Shown one piece after another: positions 15,344 through 23,007 of a stretch of 32,000 nucleotides of DNA. How positions within the stretch are numbered: the first letter of the stretch is position 1; every line of letters begins with the position of its first letter. Source of the DNA: Kiritimatiella glycovorans (lineage in GTDB: Bacteria; Verrucomicrobiota; Kiritimatiellia; Kiritimatiellales; Kiritimatiellaceae); assembly GCF_001017655.1 (NCBI RefSeq), contig NZ_CP010904.1, positions 1,830,001-1,862,000 of the forward strand. Reading direction: 5' to 3'. Below the pieces are notes generated by a model that was not told the origin of the DNA, ran no database searches, and saw nothing but the letters and a program-made list of their open reading frames with translations. The position numbers and the translations under genes are program-made.

Positions 15344-17251
15344 CTCCAAATCCTCCAGATCCTCGCCTTCCCGAACGAGGCGAGCGGAGTTGACGATCAC
15401 GATGAACGTGCTTGCCGTGTGCAGCAGGACCGCGACGACGGGATGGATGATACCTGTTGCGCTCAAGGCGAGCATGCCGACCACGTACACGCTCGAGAAC
15501 ACTAGGTTCTGCCGCACCACGGAGGTCAGGCGGCGTGCCAGGTGGAAAAGGAAGGGAATACGATTCAGTTCGTTGTTCAGCAGAGCCATACGTGCCGCAT
15601 GGATCGCGGCTTCGCTACCAGCCGCACCCATGGCAATCGAAAGATCGGCTTCGGCGAGCGCCGGCGCATCGTTGATCCCGTCTCCGACGGCGGCAACAAG
15701 CCCCTCGTCGGCACGAAGACGCTTCACCGCATCCATCTTCTGTCCTGGGAGCAGTTCGGCGACCACATCCGTGAACGTCAGATGCCTGGCGACCGCCTCC
15801 GCCACAGGCCGGCGGTCTCCCGTCAACATGACACAATGCGACACGCCTTCATCCCTCAACTGGCCGACGACCTCGGAGGCACCGGGCCGCAACTCGTCTT
15901 CCAGGACTACCCGTCCGAGCAGGTTCCCGTTTTTTGCGATGAGAACCACGCTGCCCTGACGGTCGTCCTCGTCGGATTCAGATGCCATCTTGACGCCTGC
16001 ATCGATCAAGAACTCGCGGCGACCAGCCAACACCGTGTTACCACTCAAGACGCCACGGACGCCCCTGCCGGGCTCTTCCTCACAGTTCCGGATGTCGGCT
16101 GGGTGTATCTCTCGCTCTCGCGCGGCGCGCACAATGGCCTGTGCAGCGGGGTGGTTCGAATGCGCTTCGATGCCTGCCGCGAAACGCAGTAGCTCGTCCT
16201 CGGTAACTCCGTCGGCAGGTTGCAGGCCCACGACATGCAGACGCCCGCGAGTAATGGTGCCCGTCTTATCGAACACCACAGCCTTGATCCTCCCGGCGAT
16301 TTCGAGATCGGCAATGTTCTTGATCAGAATGCCCAGGCGCGCGGCGGCGCTGAGCGCCGCAACGGCCGCGGTCGGGCCGGAGAGGAGGATCGCGCAGGGG
16401 CAGGCCACAACCAGCATGGCAACCGTCCGATCCATGTCGCGTGTGAAGAAGAGCACGATGGAAGCCAGAATGAGCACCAGCGGCGTGTACCAGCCGGCGT
16501 AGCGGTCGACCAGACGCATGACAGGAGTGCGGGTGGCTTCGGCCTCCAGGATCAGCGAGCGCACTTGCTCGAGGGTTGTGTCCTGCCCCGCCCGTCCGAT
16601 CTCAACGTCCAAGACGCCCGTTACGTTCACCGTGCCCGCAAAGATGGAATCGCCTTCTCCCTTCTCAACGGGAAGGGACTCGCCGGTGATCGTCGCTTCG
16701 TTGAGCGTGCTTCGTCCTGCCACGATGATTCCGTCTCCCGGCACCAATTCCCCAGGCCGAACGCGGATACGCTCTCCGACGCTGAGCGCAGCCGCTTCCA
16801 CCGCTTCCTCTCCCGATGGCGTGATGCGGCGCGCCGATGCGGGGCGGAGGCGAATGAGCGCCTCAATGCTCCTTCGCGCGCCGGATGCCGAGCGGTCTTC
16901 GATCATGTTCGAGATCTGCACGAAGAACGCCACAGCGGCGGCAGTGAGATGCTCCCCGGCAGCAAACGCCGCACCGATTCCCAGCGCCGCCATGACGTTC
17001 AGATTGGGTCGGCTCAGAGCCAGGTCGCGCATGGCCGTTGCCACTAAGGGAAGACCCAGTACGACGGCGGCCGCTATTGCCACGATGTCCGCGTGGAACG
17101 GGTGCGCGAAGAGCCGCGACGCAATCAGAGCCGCCAGCAGCAGCATGCCGCCAAAGAGAAGAACGACGGTCCGCAGCGTAGCTGCAGGCCGATGAGCATC
17201 GCTGCTACCATTGGGGCTGGCAGATGGATTCTCTGAGTAGTCAGTTGTCAT
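15329..17251 (-). CDS. Heavy-metal-translocating P1B-type ATPase (CPC motif; no N-terminal HMA/CxxC domain)
   Basis: Motifs seen: TGESLPV (A-domain), VVACPCAILLSGP (TM CPC), DKTGTIT (phosphorylation site), HSNHPAAQAI (HP), MLTGD, GDGINDAPAL. Four predicted TM helices precede the A-domain. There is no GMxCxxC metal-binding domain. Confidence 0.95.
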   Translation of the reverse strand: MTTDYSENPSASPNGSSDAHRPAATLRTVVLLFGGMLLLAALIASRLFAHPFHADIVAIAAAVVLGLPLVATAMRDLALSRPNLNVMAALGIGAAFAAGEHLTAAAVAFFVQISNMIEDRSASGARRSIEALIRLRPASARRITPSGEEAVEAAALSVGERIRVRPGELVPGDGIIVAGRSTLNEATITGESLPVEKGEGDSIFAGTVNVTGVLDVEIGRAGQDTTLEQVRSLILEAEATRTPVMRLVDRYAGWYTPLVLILASIVLFFTRDMDRTVAMLVVACPCAILLSGPTAAVAALSAAARLGILIKNIADLEIAGRIKAVVFDKTGTITRGRLHVVGLQPADGVTEDELLRFAAGIEAHSNHPAAQAIVRAAREREIHPADIRNCEEEPGRGVRGVLSGNTVLAGRREFLIDAGVKMASESDEDDRQGSVVLIAKNGNLLGRVVLEDELRPGASEVVGQLRDEGVSHCVMLTGDRRPVAEAVARHLTFTDVVAELLPGQKMDAVKRLRADEGLVAAVGDGINDAPALAEADLSIAMGAAGSEAAIHAARMALLNNELNRIPFLFHLARRLTSVVRQNLVFSSVYVVGMLALSATGIIHPVVAVLLHTASTFIVIVNSARLVREGEDLEDLEVSGH

Positions 17252-17284
17252 TGGTCATGCACTCGCTCCGCTCTCGTCACTTGA
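17241..17284. repeat. Degenerate heptamer element (TCAGTTGTCATTGGTCATGCACTCGCTCCGCTCTCGTCACTTG)
   Basis: It resembles the CTCGCTTTGCTCG-type units at 10352-10385 and 15213-15275. It contains the ATPase ATG. Confidence 0.7.
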
Positions 17285-17592
17285 CGATGGCACGCCAGAG
17301 ACCACAGCCGCGTGAGCCACAGCCACGAGTGCCGACAATACGGCAGCCAGCCATGCGGCAGCCCACCGAAGCAGGGGCAGCCGCTCGCGCGGAAACGCCC
17401 CACAAGGCAGAACCACGTGTTTCCGCCGCGAGGTGCGGCCCTCCCGTTCTTGCGGCGGCGCAACGCTCACGAGTAGGCGATAGTGATCGTAGCGAGAATG
17501 GTCACAGCCAATTGGCCGCAACAGCTCCGCCGTGCCTGACTCGACGAGATCTTCGAGGAGGCACGTGGCAGCGGCAACAGAAATACGCAAGT

Positions 17593-17613
17593 GCGCCGCA
17601 GCATCCGCGGCGC
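17593..17613 (-). terminator. Candidate hairpin GCGCCGC-GGATGCT-GCGGCGC about 90 nt downstream of the receptor gene
   Basis: A 7-bp GC stem read directly from the sequence. It is followed (minus sense) by ACTTGCGTATTTCTGTT, which is only loosely T-rich, so it is weak as an intrinsic terminator. Confidence 0.2.
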
Positions 17614-17701
17614 GTAATGCATGCTTCCCAGCGGCGAATTGAAGTAGCTCTTGTTTCTTGTCCTGTTACCTGTCGCCGGTTGTTATCCGTCACCCCTCCT
17701 T

Positions 17702-19735
17702 TCAGAATCTCGCTTTGACCATTACCTTCACGTTGCGGCCGGGCTGATCGTTGAGGCCGAATCCCTGCCAAACCGAAGATAGATGATCCTGGTACAGCTC
17801 GTCGGTGAAGTTCTCGACCGCCGCGACGAAGCTCCACGTCTCGCCGAGATCGACGCCCATGCGCACATCGCCACGCGTGTACCCGTCGGTCTCGCGCTCG
17901 TTGGGGCCGGTCTTGTCCTGATCCGATGCGGTCAGCCCCGCCAGCTCGACCCATAGCCCGTTTTCCGCGCCCAGTGTCGCGTCGTAGCGCACACCGTAGC
18001 GGCCTTTCAGCGGCGGGATGCCCGGAAGGTCTTCTCCTGTATCGTCGTTCTCGCCACGCACATACGACACCGAGGCGAAGGTCGAGAATCCGCCGCCCAC
18101 GTCGTAGTCCACGCCGGCTTCCGCGCCGTACAGAGAGACCTCCGCATAGTTCATGTAGAGGTAGTTGCCATCGCCCTGGTTCTCCTTGACGATGTAGTCG
18201 TCGACCATGTTGTAGAAGGCGCTGACCATCGTTTGCAGCCGGTCGGTCCGGGTCTTCAGTCCGATGTCGAAGTTCCAGCTCGTCTCCGAATCGAGGTCGG
18301 GGTCTCCCAAATCGCTGCCGACGTCGTGCGGCCCGTCGAAGTACAACTCCAACAGGGTTGGTGCGCGGAATGCCCGGCCCACGTTGCCGTACAGATTGAT
18401 TTCGTTGCTCAACTTGTACAGCAGGCCCAGGTTGCCGCTCACCGCGCTGCTTTCGGAGGTCTCCTCGCCGGCGAGTTGGTGACGCGGGTGCCCGTCCGTC
18501 TGCGCCTCTATCCAGTCGGCGCGGAGCCCCGGTGTGACGACCCAGCGGTCGCCCAGAGCGATCTCGTCCTGCACAAATGCCCCAACGCCCATGCGTGTAG
18601 AGTTCGGGATGACCGGCACGCCGTCGAACTTTGGATGCGCCCACGAGGATGCGCTGTCTTGGATCGTGCGGTCAGACGTTGCGTCCTCATAGAACGTGTC
18701 CAGACCGAACGTCACGCGGTGCGTATCGTTGGGAACGAGCACGACCTGCGGCTTGAGCGTATAGGTGTCGATATCGAGCCAGATGTTGACATCCAGGTCA
18801 CCTCCACTGGCCTGAATCGGCGGCGGAAGCCCATCGACCTTGCGGCGGTAGCGATGCCGGTTATGCCGCTGCCAGCCGAAGTCGATGCTGAAACGCTCTG
18901 TTGCACCGGTGAAGTCGTCGGCCTCGAAGCCGAGCGCAAGGCGATGGTGTTTCTCGCCCTTGAAGTAGTCCTCGGCAAAAGCAGCGGGAGCGGGGATCCC
19001 GATATCCGCCTCCATGAAGGAGTAGTCGGCATAGGTCTTCCATCCGTCGCCGATATAGTTGCCGCCACCCCAGAGGGTGTAGCCCTCGTAGAAGCTGTTC
19101 GCCAGTTCGCCTTCGGGAGTCTCGATATTGCCTGCATCCTTGTAGGTTCCACCGACATAGCCGTTGAACCGGCCTTGCCCGAACCGTAGGTGCGCCGACT
19201 CCTTCCAGCCATCAGTGGCGCTTTCGTACTGCACATCGGCCTCGCCGCCGAACCGTGCTTCGGGCCCGGTCTCCTCGTCGGCTCCCTTCGTGATGAAGTT
19301 GATCACCCCGCCGATCGCGTCCGAGCCGTACAGCACCGACGCCGGGCCGCGGACAACCTCCACTCGCTGGATCTGGGCCGGATCGAGCGAGAACACATGG
19401 TTTCCGCCGGGGCGCTGTTCGGATAGACGCACACCGTTGACGAGCACCAGTACGCGCTCACCGCTCAAGCCGCGGATGATCGGATGCACGCTGCCCGGTC
19501 CGGCGGTTACGACATCCACGCCGGGTTCTTTCAAAAAGATCTCGGCAACCGTCACCGCGATCTTCTCGTCAAGATCACGAGACTCCAGTAGGTTCACGGG
19601 CAGTGACGTGTCGAACGACTCCTTCTCGCTTCCGGTCGGTGTCACGACCACATCGGTGAGCGTGACGGTCTCTTGGGCAAAAACAAACGACGCGCAGCAC
19701 AACGCGGCTGCGACAAATATGGACATACTCTTCAT
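17702..19735 (-). CDS. TonB-dependent outer-membrane receptor
   Basis: Signal peptide MKSMSIFVAAALCCASFVFAQE. TonB-box-like LTDVVVTP. Plug motifs IRGLSGERVLVLVNGVRL and VEVVRGPASVLYGSDAIGGVINFITK. A long beta-barrel ends in ...NVKVMVKARF. GGGGAG lies 9 nt upstream of the ATG at 19735. The track start at 19768 lies in the repeat. Confidence 0.95.
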   Translation of the reverse strand: MKSMSIFVAAALCCASFVFAQETVTLTDVVVTPTGSEKESFDTSLPVNLLESRDLDEKIAVTVAEIFLKEPGVDVVTAGPGSVHPIIRGLSGERVLVLVNGVRLSEQRPGGNHVFSLDPAQIQRVEVVRGPASVLYGSDAIGGVINFITKGADEETGPEARFGGEADVQYESATDGWKESAHLRFGQGRFNGYVGGTYKDAGNIETPEGELANSFYEGYTLWGGGNYIGDGWKTYADYSFMEADIGIPAPAAFAEDYFKGEKHHRLALGFEADDFTGATERFSIDFGWQRHNRHRYRRKVDGLPPPIQASGGDLDVNIWLDIDTYTLKPQVVLVPNDTHRVTFGLDTFYEDATSDRTIQDSASSWAHPKFDGVPVIPNSTRMGVGAFVQDEIALGDRWVVTPGLRADWIEAQTDGHPRHQLAGEETSESSAVSGNLGLLYKLSNEINLYGNVGRAFRAPTLLELYFDGPHDVGSDLGDPDLDSETSWNFDIGLKTRTDRLQTMVSAFYNMVDDYIVKENQGDGNYLYMNYAEVSLYGAEAGVDYDVGGGFSTFASVSYVRGENDDTGEDLPGIPPLKGRYGVRYDATLGAENGLWVELAGLTASDQDKTGPNERETDGYTRGDVRMGVDLGETWSFVAAVENFTDELYQDHLSSVWQGFGLNDQPGRNVKVMVKARF

Positions 19736-19759
19736 CTTGAAATTCTCCCCTGTTGGTAG

Positions 19760-19994
19760 ATTGGTCATTGGTCATTTGGCCGCTGCGCGGCCGTCATTGG
19801 TGATTGGTCATCGGTCATTGGCCATTGGTCATTTGCGCCTACGGCGCGTCAATAGTCATTGGTCAATAGTCATTGGTCATTTGCGCCTGCGGCGCGTCAT
19901 TGGTCATTGGTTCTGGGTCATTGCCGCGAATGACTGATGACTGCGGGCGAAGCCCGCAAAATGACCAATGACTAATGACGCGGCCGAAGGCCGC
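19760..19994. repeat. 235-bp array of five heptamer-hairpin units (three in one orientation, then two inverted)
   Basis: Hairpins are GGCCGC TGC GCGGCC, GCGCC TAC GGCGC, GCGCC TGC GGCGC, GCGGGC GAA GCCCGC and GCGGCC GAA GGCCGC. They are separated by runs of GTCATTG / AATGAC heptamers. The array fills the whole gap between the small Cys/His protein gene and the receptor gene. Confidence 0.9.
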
Positions 19995-19995
19995 C

Positions 19996-20391
19996 TCAGG
20001 CGGGAGGTCCGCAGGAGAAGGGCAGGAGGCGCGGGGTCTTGAAATCCGGCTGACTTGGTACAGCCGGCAGGGCGATCTCGACAGGTGCGAACTGCGGCAA
20101 GGCGATTGCCACAACCGCCGTATCGACAGGAGTCTTCGCGAGCTGACAGATCGAGCAGGTTGACGGGTCGTGCGGCTTCCTTTGCGGGTGAGAGTCGCGC
20201 GAACGCTCGGGCGTCTCGTGGCCGTTCGCGTGCTCCCGCGAGTGGTCGTGCGAGCAACAAGAATGACGGACACCTTTCGCAATGTCGTCGTCGGCACAGG
20301 CCAGCTCCAGCCTGTGCATGGCGGGAACAAGCAGTGTCCCCACCACGAACAGGAGCAAGCCACCGATTGCCAGTTGTCTTCTCTCTGTCAT
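19996..20391 (-). CDS. Small Cys/His-rich exported or membrane-anchored protein (131 aa; possibly DUF2946-like)
   Basis: N-terminal hydrophobic helix (LAIGGLLLFVVGTLLVPA). Motifs HSCCSHDHSREHANGHE and STCSICQLAK. Codon third positions are strongly G/C. It is the first gene of the receptor/ATPase train and a paralogue of 23008..23400. Confidence 0.55.
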   Translation of the reverse strand: MTERRQLAIGGLLLFVVGTLLVPAMHRLELACADDDIAKGVRHSCCSHDHSREHANGHETPERSRDSHPQRKPHDPSTCSICQLAKTPVDTAVVAIALPQFAPVEIALPAVPSQPDFKTPRLLPFSCGPPA

Positions 20392-20497
20392 ACACAAAAC
20401 AAACGCGCTCTATCTCAACCAAGTTTGGGGCGCCTAACATACAACCAGCTACGGCAGGGGTCAATCCCAAATGGCGTGTGGCAAGCGGCATGAGAAG

Positions 20498-21691
20498 TGT
20501 AATGTGAAATGCCGCAGGTATAGGAGAGAGCGTTCCATGCCGTGGTTCGCTATCCTTTGTGGTCTTACAACAGGACAACAGAGGAAGGAGACGGCATGGA
20601 ACAGAATCAGAATAGCAGGAAGGGCAAGCACTTGACGAGGGTGGAGCGCATGGTGATTGAGCGGATGTCCCGTGGGGGGATCCCCCCACGGGACATCGCG
20701 GCCGCCTTGGAGCGTCACCCGCGTACGATCCAGCGTGAGCTCAAGCGCGGGACGGTGACCCACCGGGACTCGGAGTGGCGGGAATACCGGACCTACAGCA
20801 GCGATCGCGGCCAGGACCTCCATGATTACCACGCCACCGCAAGGGGGCCCGGTCTGAGGCTGGGCCGCAACTATGCGCTGGCCGAATTCATCCGTTGCCG
20901 CATTGTGGAACATAAGGAATCGCCCGATGTAGTCGCCTTTCGGATGCGTCAGGCCGGTCTGGAGGAGGTGGTGTGCACCAAGACGATCTATAACTACATC
21001 GATAAAGGCGTCATTTTCGGGCTCAGCAACGAGTCACTGTGGGAGAAGCGTAAGCGAGCCAAGCGGCGCAAACGCGGCGCTCGGCGGTTGGCGAAGCGGA
21101 TTTCCAAAGGCAAAAGCATCGACCAGCGTCCCGAAGGAGCCGAGACGCGCGAGGAGTTCGGACACTGGGAGATGGACCTGGTGACCGGCCCCACGCGCGG
21201 GTCCAATGCCGCCCTATTGACCCTGGTGGAACGCAGACATCGGATCACGATCATTCGCAAGCTGCCTGATAAGAGCCAAGCCAGCGTGCTCAAAGTTCTC
21301 AGAGGGCTCGAGCGTGAACATGGCTCCCGCTGCTTCCGTCAGATCTTCAAGACCATCACGGTCGACAACGGCAGCGAGTTCCTGGACTTCGAAGCCTTAG
21401 AAGCCTCTTCCTTCTCGAAGCAACAGCGAACCCAGATCTTCTACGCCCACCCATACTCATCCTGGGAACGCGGATCGAACGAGAACGGCAACAGGATGAT
21501 CAGACGGTTCGTGGCCAAGGGCCGGGATATCGCGCGCTTTACCAAGCAGAAAATCCGCGACATCGAGCTATGGATCAATAACTACCCGCGCCGGATCCTC
21601 GACTTCATGACCCCTCACGAACTCTTCACGAACGAACTCAAAACGATCTCATAAATGAAACAAGACCACTACATGCGGCATTTGGTTTACA
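20498..21691 (+). mobile_element. IS30-family insertion sequence
   Basis: A single DDE transposase ORF. Imperfect terminal inverted repeats are TGTAATGTGAAATGCCGCAGGTA (20498-20520) and the reverse complement of 21669-21691, TGTAAACCAAATGCCGCATGTAG. The boundaries are approximate. Confidence 0.75.
20596..21654 (+). CDS. IS30-family transposase
   Basis: An N-terminal HTH region (LTRVERMVIERMSRGG, RTIQRELKR). DDE-domain motifs GHWEMDLV, TVDNGSEF and PYSSWERGSNENGNRMIRRF. GGAAGGAG lies 5 nt upstream of the ATG at 20596. Confidence 0.95.
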   Translation: MEQNQNSRKGKHLTRVERMVIERMSRGGIPPRDIAAALERHPRTIQRELKRGTVTHRDSEWREYRTYSSDRGQDLHDYHATARGPGLRLGRNYALAEFIRCRIVEHKESPDVVAFRMRQAGLEEVVCTKTIYNYIDKGVIFGLSNESLWEKRKRAKRRKRGARRLAKRISKGKSIDQRPEGAETREEFGHWEMDLVTGPTRGSNAALLTLVERRHRITIIRKLPDKSQASVLKVLRGLEREHGSRCFRQIFKTITVDNGSEFLDFEALEASSFSKQQRTQIFYAHPYSSWERGSNENGNRMIRRFVAKGRDIARFTKQKIRDIELWINNYPRRILDFMTPHELFTNELKTIS

Positions 21692-21728
21692 ACCTACCGT
21701 GTGGCAAGCGGCAGAGGAAGGAACTGTC

Positions 21729-21772
21729 ACCAATGACCAATGACGCGGCGAAGCCGCACATGGCTCATGACC
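21729..21772. repeat. Heptamer-hairpin element (CACCAATGACCAATGAC GCGGC GAA GCCGC ACATGGCTCATGACC)
   Basis: Read directly. Confidence 0.85.
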
Positions 21773-21786
21773 GAGCGATTTGGGTA

Positions 21787-21814
21787 TTGACAAGGTCATA
21801 TATATCTGTATTCT
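21787..21814 (+). promoter_or_regulatory. Sigma-70-like promoter candidate TTGACA-16 nt-TATTCT, 7 nt before the ATG of the DUF4143 ATPase (near-leaderless)
   Basis: A consensus -35 hexamer within a locally AT-rich patch of a GC-rich genome. There is no Shine-Dalgarno sequence between it and the ATG at 21822. Confidence 0.3.
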
Positions 21815-21821
21815 GACCATT

Positions 21822-22970
21822 ATGTACACCAGATTACTGAAGCAACCATGGGCCACTGGACAGAGTTTCTTCCTGTTTGGCCCGCGAGGTACAGGAAAGA
21901 CGACCTGGCTGCATCGGGGTCTCGATGCCGAAGGCAGTCTCTACCTCGACCTGCTGAACGACGACCTGTATACCGAGCTGCTGGCTCGGCCGCACCGGCT
22001 GGACACGTTGGTTGGCGATCGGCGCTGGGACTGGGTCGTGCTGGACGAAATCCAGCGCGTTCCCGCGCTGCTGAATGAAGTGCACCGGCTCATCGAGAGC
22101 CGGGGACTCCGTTTCGCCATGACGGGTTCCAGCGCCCGAAGCCTGAGACGCAGGGGCACGAATCTACTGGCCGGGCGCGCTCTTACGTTTCACATGCACC
22201 CGCTGGCCGCGGCGGAACAGGGCGAGGACTTCGACCTCGCCCGCGCCATTCGGTTCGGACAGCTTCCGGGCGCACTGAAGAGTGCGGCGCCGGATGCACA
22301 TCTTGCGTCCTATTTCCGCACCTACCTCCGCGAAGAAGTCCAGGAGGAAGGTCTGACGCGTCGACTGGGGAACTTTGCCCGTTTTCTTGAAACGGCGAGT
22401 TTCTCTCAGGGCTCCCCGCTCAACGTCTCCGCCGTGGCCCGGGAAGCGGCCCTTGACAGGAAGGTTGTGAACAACTACTTCGGCATCCTGGAAGACTTGC
22501 TCATCGGTCATCGGCTGCCGGCATTCACGAAGCGCGCGCGACGCAGGCTGACGTCGCATCCCAAGTTCTACTTCTTCGATGCGGGCGTGTATCGCTCGAT
22601 ACGCCCCATGGGGCCTCTGGACAGTCCCGAAGAAGCGGAAGGCGCCTGCCTGGAGACGCTGTGCTATCAGGAGCTGCGAGGCGTCAACGACGCGCTCGGC
22701 TTGGGATATGACCTGTACTATTGGCGCACAAGCGACGGCACGGAGGTCGACTTCGTGTTGTACGGCAAGGCCGGCATTCTTGCCTTCGAAGTCAAACGAG
22801 CCGCCCGCTACACCGCGAAGGACTTGAGCGGCTTGCGCAGTTTCAAACGCGACTACCCCTCCGCGCGCTGCTTCCTGCTGTACGGCGGGCATGACCGCCG
22901 CCAGGAGGGGGATATCCAGGTCTGTCCTCTCGATCAGACATTGCCCGCGCTTCCCGCCATACTTGCTTGA
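21822..22970 (+). CDS. AAA+ ATPase with a DUF4143 C-terminal domain (AAA_14 family)
   Basis: FLFGPRGTGKTT (Walker A) and WVVLDEIQRVP (Walker B). Later motifs FARFLETASFSQGSPLNVSAVARE and YYWRTSDGTEVDFVL are typical of DUF4143 proteins. The start is chosen at MYTRLL. Confidence 0.9.
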   Translation: MYTRLLKQPWATGQSFFLFGPRGTGKTTWLHRGLDAEGSLYLDLLNDDLYTELLARPHRLDTLVGDRRWDWVVLDEIQRVPALLNEVHRLIESRGLRFAMTGSSARSLRRRGTNLLAGRALTFHMHPLAAAEQGEDFDLARAIRFGQLPGALKSAAPDAHLASYFRTYLREEVQEEGLTRRLGNFARFLETASFSQGSPLNVSAVAREAALDRKVVNNYFGILEDLLIGHRLPAFTKRARRRLTSHPKFYFFDAGVYRSIRPMGPLDSPEEAEGACLETLCYQELRGVNDALGLGYDLYYWRTSDGTEVDFVLYGKAGILAFEVKRAARYTAKDLSGLRSFKRDYPSARCFLLYGGHDRRQEGDIQVCPLDQTLPALPAILA

Positions 22971-22994
22971 CAAGACTATCGGCGTGGATATACT
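22967..22994 (+). promoter_or_regulatory. Sigma-70-like promoter candidate TTGACA-16 nt-TATACT for the efflux operon
   Basis: Read directly. The -35 overlaps the stop of the ATPase gene. The -10 ends 13 nt before the ATG at 23008, which argues for 23008 rather than 22996 as the start of the small Cys-rich gene. Confidence 0.4.
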
Positions 22995-23007
22995 TATGCC
23001 GCGTGAC

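Noticed and set aside
17512-17694. 63-codon Cys-rich frame (…RGCCGALAYFCCRCH…) starting at a GTG just after AAGGAGG downstream of the receptor stop. It was tempting as a third Cys-rich metal protein.
   Set aside because: The hand-counted third-position G+C is only about half, well below real genes in this window. The Shine-Dalgarno-to-GTG spacing is about 1 nt. The frame is the tail of the spurious 380-aa ORF. The region is retained only as part of the 'unexplained gap' finding.
17502-19189. 380-aa minus-strand ORF 17502..18644 and 318-aa plus-strand ORF 18233..19189
   Set aside because: Both overlap the TonB-dependent receptor gene in other frames. Their composition is Arg/Gly-rich nonsense, whereas the receptor frame has plug and barrel motifs and a terminal Phe.
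6576-19937. ORF extensions and whole ORFs encoding VIGHWSLVIGH, MTNDQ or MTNDTSKAS-type peptides, for example 7011..7085, 9650..10390, 10164..10451, 15213..15239, 19736..19768 and the tail of 19164..19937
   Set aside because: They are translations of the heptamer repeat in its stop-free orientation or of its ATG-containing orientation. The peptides are periodic and continue across obvious intergenic hairpins. Better starts with ribosome-binding sites exist downstream.
20392-20475. Search for a Fur/Zur-type operator upstream of the receptor/ATPase train and, at 22972-23007, upstream of the efflux operon, given the Fur-family gene at the window end
   Set aside because: I could not find an AT-rich 19-bp inverted repeat of the GATAATGATAATCATTATC or Zur-box type by eye. 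The heptamer AATGACC is not a convincing Fur hexamer. The question is left open for a matrix-based scan.
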